DNA of 63,585 bases, counting the filler, from Octopus bimaculoides (lineage: Eukaryota): the NCBI RefSeq assembly GCF_001194135.2. It is 8 parts of 7 records of this genome, joined end to end, with 100 filler letters (N's around TTAATTAATTAA, not from the genome) between each part and the next. Parts side by side here need not be neighbours in the genome. Positions count along the whole stretch, not along the records: positions 18,689 to 33,182 come from NC_068993.1; positions 33,283 to 42,005 come from NC_069008.1; 6 more parts are not named here. One strand, written 5' to 3'. Below the pieces are notes generated by a model. It worked only from the letters and a program-made list of their open reading frames with translations, had not been told where the DNA came from and ran no database searches. Of this stretch, positions 25,067 to 37,203 are shown in pieces (positions within the stretch are counted from its first letter, which is position 1; every line of letters begins with the position of its first letter). The translations under genes and the position numbers were made by a program.

Positions 25067-25450
25067 GTGGAGGCGCAATGACCCAGTGGTTAGGGCAGCA
25101 GACTCGTGGTCATAGGGTCGCGGTTTCGATTCCCAGACCGGGCGTTGTCAGTGTTTATTGAGCGAAAACACTTAAAGCTCCACGAGGCTCCGGCAGGGGA
25201 TGGTGGCGAACCCTGCTGTACTCTTTCACCACAACTTTCTCTCACTCTTACTTCCTGTTTCTGTTGTGCCTGTAATTCAAAGGGTCAGCCTTGTTACACT
25301 GTGTCACGTTGAATATACCCGAGAACTACGTTGAAGGTACACGTGTCTGTGGAATGCTCAGCCATTTGCACGTTAATTTCACGAGCAGGCTGTTCCATTG
25401 ATCGGATCAACTGGAACCCTCGTCGTCGTAAGCGACGGAGTGCCAACAAC
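25067..25450 (+). mobile_element. SINE family A, full length
   Basis: TSD GAATATCAACA at 25056-25066 and 25451-25461. Confidence 0.95.
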
Positions 25451-25569
25451 GAATATCAACAACTGTAATGTCATGGCAGCCGTTGCTCCTGCATTTGCCC
25501 TCGGGTCAACGTTTGCATTGTTATTACTTTCCATATAATTTTAAGAATGCAGCGTTTGATTTACTACTG

Positions 25570-25582
25570 TAGTAGCAGCAAC

Positions 25583-25648
<66 letters not shown>

Positions 25649-26223
25649 GGTAGTAGTAGTAGTAGATGTTATCGTTCTTGCTGCTGCTGCTGTTGTTGTT
25701 GTTCCTTTTCTTTTTCTTCTTCTTCCTTTTCGTCGTCGTCTTTGTTGAGGTCGCAATGGTAGTGGTGGTGGTGGTGTCGGTGACAGCGACGGCTGTGCCG
25801 GTATGAATAAGACGCACATAAAGCTATCGCCATATACTGGAGACGTGGGAAGACGTTAACATGGCTCCGGCAGATTGTTTGGTGGTTTAATAGCAACGCA
25901 AGCGACACACTGAACGGTTAATGTTTCAACATGGCCGACAGATATGGTGCTACGAAGGATGGCACAGAGGAAAACATAAACTGGTTAAGAGGAACAGAAG
26001 CAGGAGGAGGAGGAGGAGGTGAATGAGATATATGTATAAACTAGTGATGGCTGTCGTGGTGGTCGTGGTGGGAACAGTGGACAGAAATGGAAGACAGGAA
26101 ATGAAATCGAAAAAGAAAAAAAAAATATTTAGGATGATGACGGTGATTGTGATGATTGTTATGATGGTGATGACGGTGGAGTCGATGGTGGTAGGGTACA
26201 TGATGACGACGGTGATGATGATG

Positions 26224-26255
<32 letters not shown>

Positions 26256-26384
26256 GGTGACGATGATAATGCTGATGCTGATGACGATGGTGACCATAAT
26301 GATGATGGCGATGATGGTTATGATTATAATGAAGATGATGATGGTGATGGCGATGATGATGCTGCTGATGATGATGATGACGAC

Positions 26385-26430
<46 letters not shown>

Positions 26431-26893
26431 ATAGTAGTGTTGGTGAATGTGGTGGTGGTGGTGGTGGTGGTGTTTATAGTGGAGGTCACGATTGAAGTGT
26501 CGATGACAACGATGATGTTGATGACGTTGTTGTTCTTGTTGTTGTTGATGATGATGATGATGATGATGATACTGACGATGATGGAGAGAAGGATGGCTTT
26601 AGTGATGGTTGATGGTGGTGGTGGCGGCGGAGATGGCGCTGCTGCTGCTGCTGCTGCTGCCGCTACTTGGTGATAATGATGCTGATAATAATAACGAAGA
26701 TGATTATCATGATAAGGATTATCATGGTGGTAAAAGCTAATGAAGATGCTTATCACCAAAATGTTGACGATGATGATGATGATGATAGTGGCAGTGATTG
26801 TATTGACGATGTTGATGACGACGACGACGATGATGATGATGATGTAGTTAGTGGTGATGGTAATAGTGATGGCGGCAGCGATGGTGATGGTGG

Positions 26894-26945
<52 letters not shown>

Positions 26946-26970
26946 AGCGATGATAATGATAATGATGATG
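25570..26970. repeat. Compound GAT/GGT/GTA trinucleotide tract
   Basis: Read directly. Confidence 0.9.
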
Positions 26971-28612
26971 ATGCTCAGAACATTGACAATATTTTCCTAA
27001 ACAAGTGATGTATGTGTCAGTATGTGGGATATTTTTTTTATCAAGCAGAAATCCAAATATGTCCGACTGTTAATGTTTGTGTGTGTACATGTGTACACAA
27101 GTATCTGCCTCTCTGTGTGTGTATATATACCTGTATGTATGTGCATGCATGCTTATATGTATACTTAGTGTGTGTATGTGAGTATGTGTTTCGGTTTGCA
27201 CTAGTATTATAACGCGATTTCATATATATATATATACAAGGAAGACGTGTTCTTGTTTGTCTCCTGTCCAAGCTTGATTTACGCGTTCGCCACTACAACC
27301 CCGTTTAGGCTTAGCAGCCCTTCCTGTTTGTTTTCACTGACCTGCTTGTGTTACCTATTTTGACCCTCCGCAAAATCCCAAATTTTATTTAATTTGCTTT
27401 ACGGGAGCAACTGTTTTATCGAAAGAGTATTTGTTGTTAAATGCTCGAAATGCGAGAGTAGAAACACAGCCAACAACTGATGAAGGGTCGTTCTTTATGC
27501 TGTTTGCTTTGTTTTCCATTTGTGTCGTTCATTGTTCGAAGGAATAATTCATGTACTCGTGATTCGTACTTTTTTGTTGTACACGTTTCATGACGTCCTG
27601 TGCCCATATATATATATACGTATAGATGTAAGTGTGTACATATGTGTATGTATATATGCATATATACATATATAATTTATATATATATATAGATATATAT
27701 ATATACACATGTAGAATATAGTGTTCAGTGGTAGAGAAAAAACACTCTGATGTGAGTTAACTCTCCTCTAGGATAGAGTACCAATCTATAGCAAGTAACA
27801 TTGTCTCTGGGATATCAGTTTATCACAAATAAAACTATGCAAACAATCGGATATATTTTATCTACCGCAGCTGAAGGGAATCAGGGAAGGGGCCTGAACG
27901 GAACGTTAGAGATCCTTTATTCTGTTATTAGACATTTTGCTGGTGAAAGAAAATCGCTGCCAGTAGAATTTGAACGGTGAATGGAGAGGGTTGAGGATCT
28001 GCAAAGAGCATGACATTTTCAGGCACTTTACCAAGGAACGGAATAAAATAAAAAATAAAATAGAAATAAGAAAATGGCGTCGGTTTCACCCAATTCCCGC
28101 CAAAGTGGAAATTTAGCGCGCTATGGTTAATTTGTGGTCGACAGGGCATGAAATAGGGACCATGTGAACAAGGAGTTATTATGGGGTGGATTAGAGAATT
28201 GACATGGAGAGATTTGGAGAGGGATTGAGGGTGGGGAAAAGGGTGATGAAGGTGGGGGAAGTGGGGATAGGATAAATAAACAAACCGATAATAATCGAGA
28301 TATATGAACGGGAGCATAATTCTGTGGAAAGAGTGGGAAAGAGCGAGAGAGAAAGAGAAAGAAAAATAATGAGGAAGCTAAAGAAGAAACACACACACAC
28401 ACACACTCACACACACACACTCACACACATGCATTCACACACACGCACACACACACACACACACACTAACACCCATGCACACACACGCGCGCACACAAAC
28501 ACACACATTCACACAAACACACACACATACACTCACACACACACTCACACACACGCACACACAGACACACGTACATACACTCATACGCACACACTCACAC
28601 ACACACACACAC

Positions 28613-28700
<88 letters not shown>

Positions 28701-28805
28701 ATCTACATCGGGGGTTTCTTTTTCTCAGTTTCCATCTATGAAATCCAGTCACAAGGTTTTTTGTCGCCCCGTTGCTATAGTAGAAGTCTGCGTACGTCTA
28801 GACAT

Positions 28806-29181
28806 GCAGCTATATGCATGAGAATACATACAAAAAGCAAAACATACAAGTCTGCATATGCACTGACTCCAAATACTGCACATATACACACATACATGCA
28901 GAAATATCCTGTTGATATTGTTGAAGTTCCAATGAAGGAGCCTCGGATCTAGGTTAGAAACCGGCTCTTTCTCAATTTACAAGAAATCTTGAAATGAGAC
29001 TGAATAATGCAGCTATATGCATGAGAACACATACATAAAACGTACAAATCTGCACATATATAGCTCATACAAACATATATACCCTGTTATTGATGTAGAA
29101 ATTCCCATGTAGGGGCCTTGGAACTAGGTTAGAAACCGGCTCTTTCTCTGTTGGCAAGAAATCTTGAAATAAACTGAATAA
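28806..29181 (+). repeat. Diverged tandem duplication with a unit of about 200 bp
   Basis: gcagctatatgcatgagaa...ggttagaaaccggctctttctc...agaaatcttgaaat...ctgaataatg occurs twice. Confidence 0.85.
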
Positions 29182-29649
29182 TGAGATACATGGATCAGGG
29201 AAAAAACGTATGTATTGTCACAGAGGTCAGCTACTCTGATGACGTGAATATTTGTTTGGAAATGAAAGAGAAAGAAGGTTACTATTGACAACTGCCTCGA
29301 AACTCCAGCATCTATATCCGGATTCAAATCTGCATTTATACCATAATAATTGCTGCACTTAGATTTGGGAGTAATTGCCTAACTGACAGTATGGATAAGC
29401 TTGGATTTTCAGAGAAGAAAAAATCAATGAAATAACTCGGACATTAAAATGCCATTTGTAAGTGGAAGAGTAAAAATATGCATGACTTTTCTCAAGTTTA
29501 AAATGTGATGTTGTTTTCGTTTTCTACGTTCCAACGATAGGGTTTTGTATCATTGTATGAAACCAGTTCCTTCCTCGAAGGAAAGATTTAAATAATTAAA
29601 ACGAGAAGAGAAACGTGATTACTGATTTTAGTTATTCAGATATTACAGA

Positions 29650-29691
29650 ATAACTGAATACGAATGGAGAGATAGATAGATAGATAGATAG

Positions 29692-29780
<89 letters not shown>

Positions 29781-30194
29781 GAGAGAGAGAAATGGAGGAC
29801 AGATTGGAAGATATGAACGAATTCTGAGCTGGAGTTTCAACATAGATGAACGCTTGGAATCTTTAATGAAGTGATGGAGACAAAGCGAAGATGATTGAGA
29901 GAAGAACGATGGTGTGAAGAATCGTGATGGTGATGATGATGGTGATAATGAGGGTGGTAAAGGGAGTGGATGAGAGCAGTGATGACAATGATGATGACGA
30001 TGGTGATAATGATAATTGTAATGGTGGCGGCGGCGGCGGCGGTGGTGGTGGTGGTGATCAAAATGATGACGATTGTCATGGCGATGACGGTGACGATGAC
30101 GACGATGATGATGGTGATGATGATGATGATGATGAAGGTTGCAATGATGGTTACGATAATTTTCAGGTGTAGGCAGAGAGTAATGAAAGCAAGA

Positions 30195-30236
<42 letters not shown>

Positions 30237-30550
30237 GTTTTGATGAGAGCGGTGGTTTCGAAAATTTTGAGGAGGAGGCAGAAGATAGTAAAGACAAAAA
30301 GGATGATGATGATGATGATGAGAATGAGGATGGTTGCTAGGGAATTTTCGGGAGGAGGGACAGGAAAAAGGAGGGAAGGAATGAAGAAGGATGTTGTGCT
30401 TATGATGATGATGTTGATGATGATCTTGCTTAAGATATTTAAGCGGTATAATGATAATAATCATCTAAAGAAGAAGAAGAAGAAGAAGAAGAAGAAGAAG
30501 AAGAAGAAGAAGAAGAAGATGATGATGATGATGATGATGATGATGTTGAT
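29650..30550. repeat. GA, GAT and GAA microsatellite tract
   Basis: Read directly. Confidence 0.9.
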
Positions 30551-32119
30551 GAAGAAGAGACAACAATAATAAAACATGAAGAAAGCAAACAAACAAAAAC
30601 CATCGAATGAGGACATGAAATATTGGAATGAAAGGCTAATGAATATTCTATGTATACAGGCGAGCAACAGATGAGCAGTTCATTTCTCATTAACAGTTTT
30701 CTTAGATTCTTTTAATGTTTCTATTAATGACCGCAAAACCCAATGGGCAGAGACAAACAAAACAAACAAAACAAAACAAACGAAAGAAAAAAAAGCAATT
30801 TACATATCACGTGACGTATTGAATTTATTATAACAATGCCAACGATAATAATTATCATTTCCAATTTAGACCCAAGGCGCCTAAATTCTGAGTAATGCTT
30901 TATCTCACCTTTCCTGAAAAATGAAAAGGCTAAGTTGACGTCACAGGATTTGAACGCAGAACATGACGAACCGAAGAAATACACTGAAGCAGATTTCCAA
31001 TGCTTAAACGATTCTATGGTGATGATGACGATGATGACGATGATGATGATGATGATGACGATGATGACGATGATGATGATGGTGGTGATTTTTTTTTTAT
31101 GAACACAAGGCAAGAAATAGAGGGAAGGTGACCATACTAGGCCGGTACGATATTTTATCAGTCCCGGGGTGGGGAGGGAAATAAAAATCAACCTTGGTGA
31201 GATTTGAACTTAGAACGTAAAATGATTTCATGTGTCTCACGTGACCTCCCCTTGTTCGGAAGGTAGTGGGGGGGGGATGATGTGCAGGAATTTGGGTTGA
31301 TATTTCTGTTATGCCAAGGCTGTATTTAAAAGATGTAATTGGGCCGCGTTTTAAAATAAGTTGTTTTTGTTGTTGCTGCTGCTGTTGTTGTTGTTGTTGT
31401 CATTCAGCCCCTTGTCGGCAATGATTATGCAGACCTATGATGACAAGAGTTCCAGTCGTGACCATCCAGCCCCGTATTCCGTAACCGTATATCTGATTAT
31501 CTTGTCCAATGTATCCTTCGTACGATCTGTTACATTTATGAGCTGTATCTTCTTCAAATCCCACTGTATTTCCTTTTGAAATACGAAGAAGAAGAAGAAG
31601 AAGAAGGTAGAGGAGGAGGAGGAGGAGGAGGAGGAAGATGTTGCTTCTGCTTCCATTATTGCTGTTGTTGTCGTTGTTCATGCCGTTGTTGTTGTAAAAG
31701 AGAATGGATCGGCTGAATGTGAAATTAGCTGACAAGATATTCAGATATACGCTCACTTGTTGGCCAGTTTTTACGAAGCCCAGATCGAGAGCACCCGGCT
31801 TTTTCTTGTGTGTAGGGAACTCCGGACCATATCATCCAATATGTCCAGCAACGATGGGTTATAATTTTGAGGGATTTGGTTGCTATTTCAGTTGGTCGAT
31901 CGACCACATCTCCTTGCTGTGCTTCTCACAGCATTACAGGTGTTGGATCAAAATGAAGGGCCTTGTCTCGAGTACGAGAATAAATTATGAGCGCGACTTT
32001 GTCTCAGCTACGAGTGTGTGTTATAAAATGTAAGTTGTTAGTATAATCTATGAATGTGCGTCGTGAGCGCGAATTTCACTCAGTTATGACTACAAAGTAT
32101 AAACATAGGCGATGTGTGT

Positions 32120-32830
32120 AACCTTCTTCTTCTTCTTCTTCTTCTTCTTCTTCTTCTTCTTCTTCTTCTTCTTCTTCTTCTTCTTCTTCTTCTTCTTCTT
32201 CTTCTTCTTCTTCTTCTTCTTCTTCAACATCATCATCTTTTTCTTCTCCTCTTCCTTATCATCATCATCTCTACCTCTTCCCCTTCTTCTTCTTCTTCTT
32301 CTTCTTCTTCTTCTTCTTCTTCTTCTTCTTCTTCATCATCTTTTTCTTCTCCTCTTCCTTATCATCATCATCTCTACCTCTTCCCCTTCTTCTTCTTCTT
32401 CTTCTTCTTCTTCTTCTTCTTCTTCTTCTTCTTCTTCTTCTTCATCTTTTTCTTCTCCTCTTCCTTATCATCATCATCTCTACCTCTTCTTCTTCTTCTT
32501 CTTCTTCTTCTTCTTCTTCTTCTTCTTCTTCTTCTTCTTCTTCTTCTTCTTCTTCTTCTTCCCCTGCTCCTCCTGCTCCTGCGCCTGCTCCACCTCCCAA
32601 TTCTTGCTGTTGCTCAGTTCGTTGTTGTTGCTTCTGCTTCCATTGTTGCTGTTGTTGTTGTTGTTGTTGTTTTCGTAGCCTTTGTTGTTCAGAGAGAGAG
32701 AGAGAGAGAATGGGTCGCGGCTGAATGTGAAATTAGCTGACAGCGATATAGATATGGTATTGTGCTATGGTATTGATTACTATAAAACACTACAGCAGCA
32801 ACAACAACAACAACAACAACAGCATCAAAG

Positions 32831-32869
<39 letters not shown>

Positions 32870-33060
32870 ACAATACAATAACAGTTGAAGTATGGTAGTA
32901 GTCGTAGTAGTAGTAATAGCAACAGTGTCAGCAAAGCAACAAAACCAACAACATCAAACATAACAACAAAATTATCATCATCAGCAGCAGCAACACCAGC
33001 AGCAGCAGCAGCAGCAATAACAACAACAACAACGACAGCATTATGAGTGTCAACAACGGA
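32120..33060. repeat. CTT/GTT/CAA tract including a triplicated compound unit (catcatctttttcttctcctcttccttatcatcatcatctctacctc + (CTT)n)
   Basis: Read directly. Confidence 0.9.
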
Positions 33061-33487
33061 GCAGCAGCGATAAAATTAGCACAAAATGGATGACAACAAT
33101 GAGGGCAAAAGCAATCACAACACGATTATCGTCATCATCCCCCTCAGCATCATGCTCCTCCTGCCCCTCCACCCGCTCCCCCNNNNNNNNNNNNNNNNNN
33201 NNNNNNNNNNNNNNNNNNNNNNNNNNTTAATTAATTAANNNNNNNNNNNNNNNNNNNNNNNNNNNNNNNNNNNNNNNNNNNNGATGGTAAACTTCCTGGG
33301 AAATAATTCTTGTGACTGAAGCAAAATTTCTCTTTGATGAGCATTTTGTGTTCCTGTTAAACTTGGATTACAAAAGAGTTCGCAGCATCTTCAGATATTG
33401 AAGAAAATAATAAATTTTTGTTAAGATCTACATTTGTGATGTGAAAAGGAAAATAATAAGAAGCGAAATATGTGAGGACAATGTGAA

Positions 33488-34462
33488 ATGCTGACGGAAC
33501 ATATTGAGTTGAATGAGGAGATGCCAAAAGAAAAAGAAAAGAAATCACACCAGTGTGATATCTGTCAAAAGTCGTTTGGTCGAAATCACACCCTCACCAT
33601 TCACAAACGTAGTCACACAGGTGAGAAACGGTTTCACTGTGATGTCTGTGGTAAACCATTCGCTGAGAAGTACCAATTGACTAAACACATACGTGTTCAT
33701 ACAGGAGAGAGACCATACCATTGTGATATCTGCGGTAAATCATTCTCTCAGTCTACTCACGTAACTAAACATAAATTCATTCATACTGGAGAGAAACAAT
33801 TTCACTGTGATATCTGCGGAAAATCGTTCTATCAGATTCACGACTTAACTAAACACAAATACATTCATACTGGAGAAAAGCGATATCAGTGTGATATCTG
33901 TGGTAAATCTTTTACTCGATCAGATCATTTGCTGAAACATAAAAGTGTTCATACTGGAGAGAAACCATATGACTGTGATATCTGTGGTAAACCATTCTCC
34001 CAAAAAGAACAGTTAATTGCACACAAACACATTCATACAGGGGAGAAACCATATCAGTGTGTTGTCTGTGGTAAGGCGTTCTCTAGGTTAGGAGCTTTAA
34101 CTAAACACAAAGGTATTCATACAGGTGAGAGGCCGTTTCATTGTGATGTCTGTGGTAAGTCTTTCCATGATGAAAATGGCTTAGCTAAACACATACGCGT
34201 TCACACAGGGGAGAAGCCATATCAGTGTGATACATGTGGGAAATCGTTCTCACAGAATCCGCATTTAACTGCACACAAGCGTATTCATACTGGGGAGAAA
34301 CCGTATGACTGCGATATCTGTGGTAAACCATTCTCTCGAAAAGAACACTTAACTGCACACAAGCGCATTCATACAGGTGAGAGACCATTTCATTGTGACG
34401 TGTGTGGCAAATCGTTCTCTCAAAAAAACCACTTAAATACACACAAGTACGTTCATAAATGA
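33488..34462 (+). CDS. C2H2 zinc-finger protein, copy 1 (11 tandem fingers, short N-terminus, premature stop)
   Basis: 324-aa ORF with 11 C-x2-C-x12-H-x3-H fingers and TGEK/RP linkers; no KRAB or BTB domain is visible. Confidence 0.9.
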   Translation: MLTEHIELNEEMPKEKEKKSHQCDICQKSFGRNHTLTIHKRSHTGEKRFHCDVCGKPFAEKYQLTKHIRVHTGERPYHCDICGKSFSQSTHVTKHKFIHTGEKQFHCDICGKSFYQIHDLTKHKYIHTGEKRYQCDICGKSFTRSDHLLKHKSVHTGEKPYDCDICGKPFSQKEQLIAHKHIHTGEKPYQCVVCGKAFSRLGALTKHKGIHTGERPFHCDVCGKSFHDENGLAKHIRVHTGEKPYQCDTCGKSFSQNPHLTAHKRIHTGEKPYDCDICGKPFSRKEHLTAHKRIHTGERPFHCDVCGKSFSQKNHLNTHKYVHK

Positions 34463-34868
34463 GAGAAGTTGCACGAATGTGTTACCTGTGCTAAGTTATT
34501 CTCTCACCAGCGCATTCATACAGGTGAGAGACCATATCTGTGTTTTACCTGTGGTCAGTCATTCCTTAACGGGAGAACCTTAAGTAAACACAGACGTATT
34601 CATACAGGTGAGAGGCCATTTCCTTATGATGTCTGTGGTAAATCATTCCATGATGAAAATGGTTTAACACAGATGTATTCAGACAGGTAAGAGACCATTT
34701 CCTTATGATGTCTGTGGTAAATCATTCCTTGATGAAAGTGGCTTAGCTAAACACATACGTGTTCACACAGGTGAGAAACCATATCATTGTGATACATGTG
34801 GGAAATCGTTCAATCAAATGGCTAATTTAAATAAGTACAAACGTATTCATACCAGAGAAACCACCTGA
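34463..34868 (+). pseudogene. Decayed zinc fingers after the premature stop of copy 1
   Basis: About five further finger units, with a deletion, C>Y and H>Y changes and a frameshift. They end in HTRETT*, the same terminus as copy 2. Confidence 0.8.
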
Positions 34869-35185
34869 GGGATATTTTTGATAAATCATTCTACTGAAAT
34901 AAGGACAAGAAGACATAAAAACATTTATGCTGAAGAGAAACGATGTAATTCTGATAAAGATGGAAAATCTTTCCCTCCAAAGAGACAGGTAACTACACAT
35001 GTATATATTCAGAGAGAAGCAAAATTTCTCTTCGATGAGCATTTTGCGTTCCTGTTAAACTTGGATTACAAAAGAGTTCGCAGCATCTTCAGATATTGAA
35101 GAAAATAATAAATTTTTGTTAAGATCTGCATTTGTGATGTGAAAAGGAAAATAATACAAAATGAAATGTGTGAGGACAATGTGAA

Positions 35186-35993
35186 ATGCTGACGGAATAT
35201 ATTGACTTGAATGAAGAGATGCCAAAAAAAAAGGAAAAGAAATCACACCAGTGTGATATCTGTCAAAAGTCGTTTGGTCGAAATCACACCCTCACCATTC
35301 ACAAACGTAGTCACACAGGTGAGAAACGGTTTCACTGTGATACCTGTAATAAACCATTTGCTGAGAAGCACCAATTGACTAAACACATACGCGTTCATAC
35401 AGGAGAGAGACCATACCATTGTGATATCTGTGGTAAATCATTCTCTCGATCTGATCACTTAACTAAGCACAAACGCATCCATGCAGGGGACAAACGATTT
35501 CACTGTGATGTCTGTGGAAAATCGTTCTATCAGAATCACGACTTAACTAAACACAAATACATTCATACTGGAGAAAAGTGATATCTGTGGTAAATCTTTT
35601 ACTCGATCAGATCATTTGCTGAAACATGAAAATGTTCATACTGGAGAGAAACCATATGACTGTGATATCTGTGGTAAATTATTCTCCCGAAACGAACACT
35701 TAACTGCACACAAACGCATTCATACAGGAGAGAAACCATATCAGTGTCTTATCTGTGGTCAGTCGTTCTCTGAAGGAGGCACCTTAACGAAACACAGGCG
35801 TATTCATACAGGTGAGAGGCCGTTTCATTGTGATGTCTGTGGTAAGTCGTTCCATGATGAAAATGGTTTAACTAAACACATACGTGTTCACACAGGGGAG
35901 AAACCATATCATTGTGATACTTGTGGGAAATCGTTCAGTCAAATGGCTAATTTAAATAAACACAAACATATTCATACCAGAGAAACTACCTGA
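35186..35993 (+). pseudogene. C2H2 zinc-finger gene copy 2, frameshifted (4 fingers, a broken fifth, then 4 more)
   Basis: Paralog of copy 1. An 11-nt deletion (CGATATCAGTG, 33881-33891 in copy 1) gives TGA at 35579-35581; the downstream frame continues to 35993. Confidence 0.85.
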
Positions 35994-36967
35994 GGGATAT
36001 TTTTGATAAATCATTCTACTGAAATAAGGACAAGAAGACATAAAAACATTTATGCTGAAGAGAAACCATGTAATTCTGACAAAAGATGGAAAATCATTCT
36101 CTCCAAAGAGACGGGTGTCCAGAGAGAAGAGCAACTGTATTAATATTGTAAAATTTTTGAGTGAAAGAAATATTTTAATTGCAATAAATGTCTTGACGCA
36201 GCAAAGAAGATTTCACAGTCTCTGTAACATCCTTTTTAACTCTATACATGACTAAAAGCATAGCTACACAAATTCTTGTCTTGCTGTTTTATGCCCAGAA
36301 TCAGTAATATTTTGCAGCCTCTTGTATTTGAATGTGGTGGCATTGTTTTTCAGACAATAGTTCTTTTGTAGTTCTGTGTTGAAGCAAATATTGTGCTGTG
36401 TTTTCTGTTTTGTTCTTCTGAAGAATCTCTGACAAAGGTGATGGCATCTGTCAGCATCTGCCTACCAAAAATGTTGTCATTGCTTTTGTCCCTCATATCG
36501 ATGTTGTCTGAACAGGGGGCACACTGTGCCACGTGTCAGGGGTTAAAGTGGTTGCACAGCAATATGAGATGGGTTTTGCTCAAGAAAATAATGCACCGCC
36601 CAGTCTAGGAATTGAAATCACGATCGCTAGATTACGAGTGTAACACCCTAACCACGAGGACATGCGTCCTCCCCACTACACACAGTACACACGCACACAC
36701 AGACATACACAAACACGCACAGAAACACAAATACACACACACAAGCACACACATGCACAAATACACACACACACACTAACAAATACACAAATACACACAT
36801 ACAATCACACAAGCACACACACAAACACACAAGCACACACATATACACACTAACAAACACAAGCCCGTCTCAGTGGGGAAGAAAGTCATTCGCTGACCGA
36901 GTGACACTGACCGTCCAACCAGCCGACCATCAGACCAACCAACTGGTCTGCCAGCCAACACAGACAG

Positions 36968-37203
36968 GCGGTACTGGTGATCGCGTCAGAGGTCAAATCT
37001 GGTCACACCCCAATGGTTATATCATGGCCGGATGCAATGGAAGATATAGATTACAAGGAGAAGAACTTCAAGCTGGACCTGGTCAGTCTCTACCAGCCCC
37101 TTTGGATGACCGAGGGTCATTATATCTACCATCTACTCAAAGATGACACTGGTCATCTCTGTTGTCAAACTGACCAAAATGGGGAACCCATCTGCTCCCC
37201 CAG
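36968..37203 (+). CDS. Candidate coding exon of an unidentified gene
   Basis: 78 open codons of ordinary composition (AVLVIASEVKSGHTPMVISWPDAMEDIDYKEKNFKLDLVSLYQPLWMTEGHYIYHLLKDDTGHLCCQTDQNGEPICSP) ending in CAG|gtaaaa. The acceptor (acag) is weak and I do not recognise the family. Confidence 0.5.

Larger units (their letters stand above)
33318..36116 (+). repeat. Direct tandem duplication of the ZNF unit (33318-35015 and 35016-36116)
   Basis: Leaders align from gaagcaaaatttctc with an offset of 1698 nt; the 3' tails (gggatatttttgataaatcattc...) also align. Confidence 0.9.

Noticed and set aside
34460-34462. A-to-I recoding of the ZNF UGA stop to UGG to restore a longer protein
   Set aside because: The A has a 5' G, which ADARs disfavour, and the downstream fingers are decayed, arguing against selected read-through.
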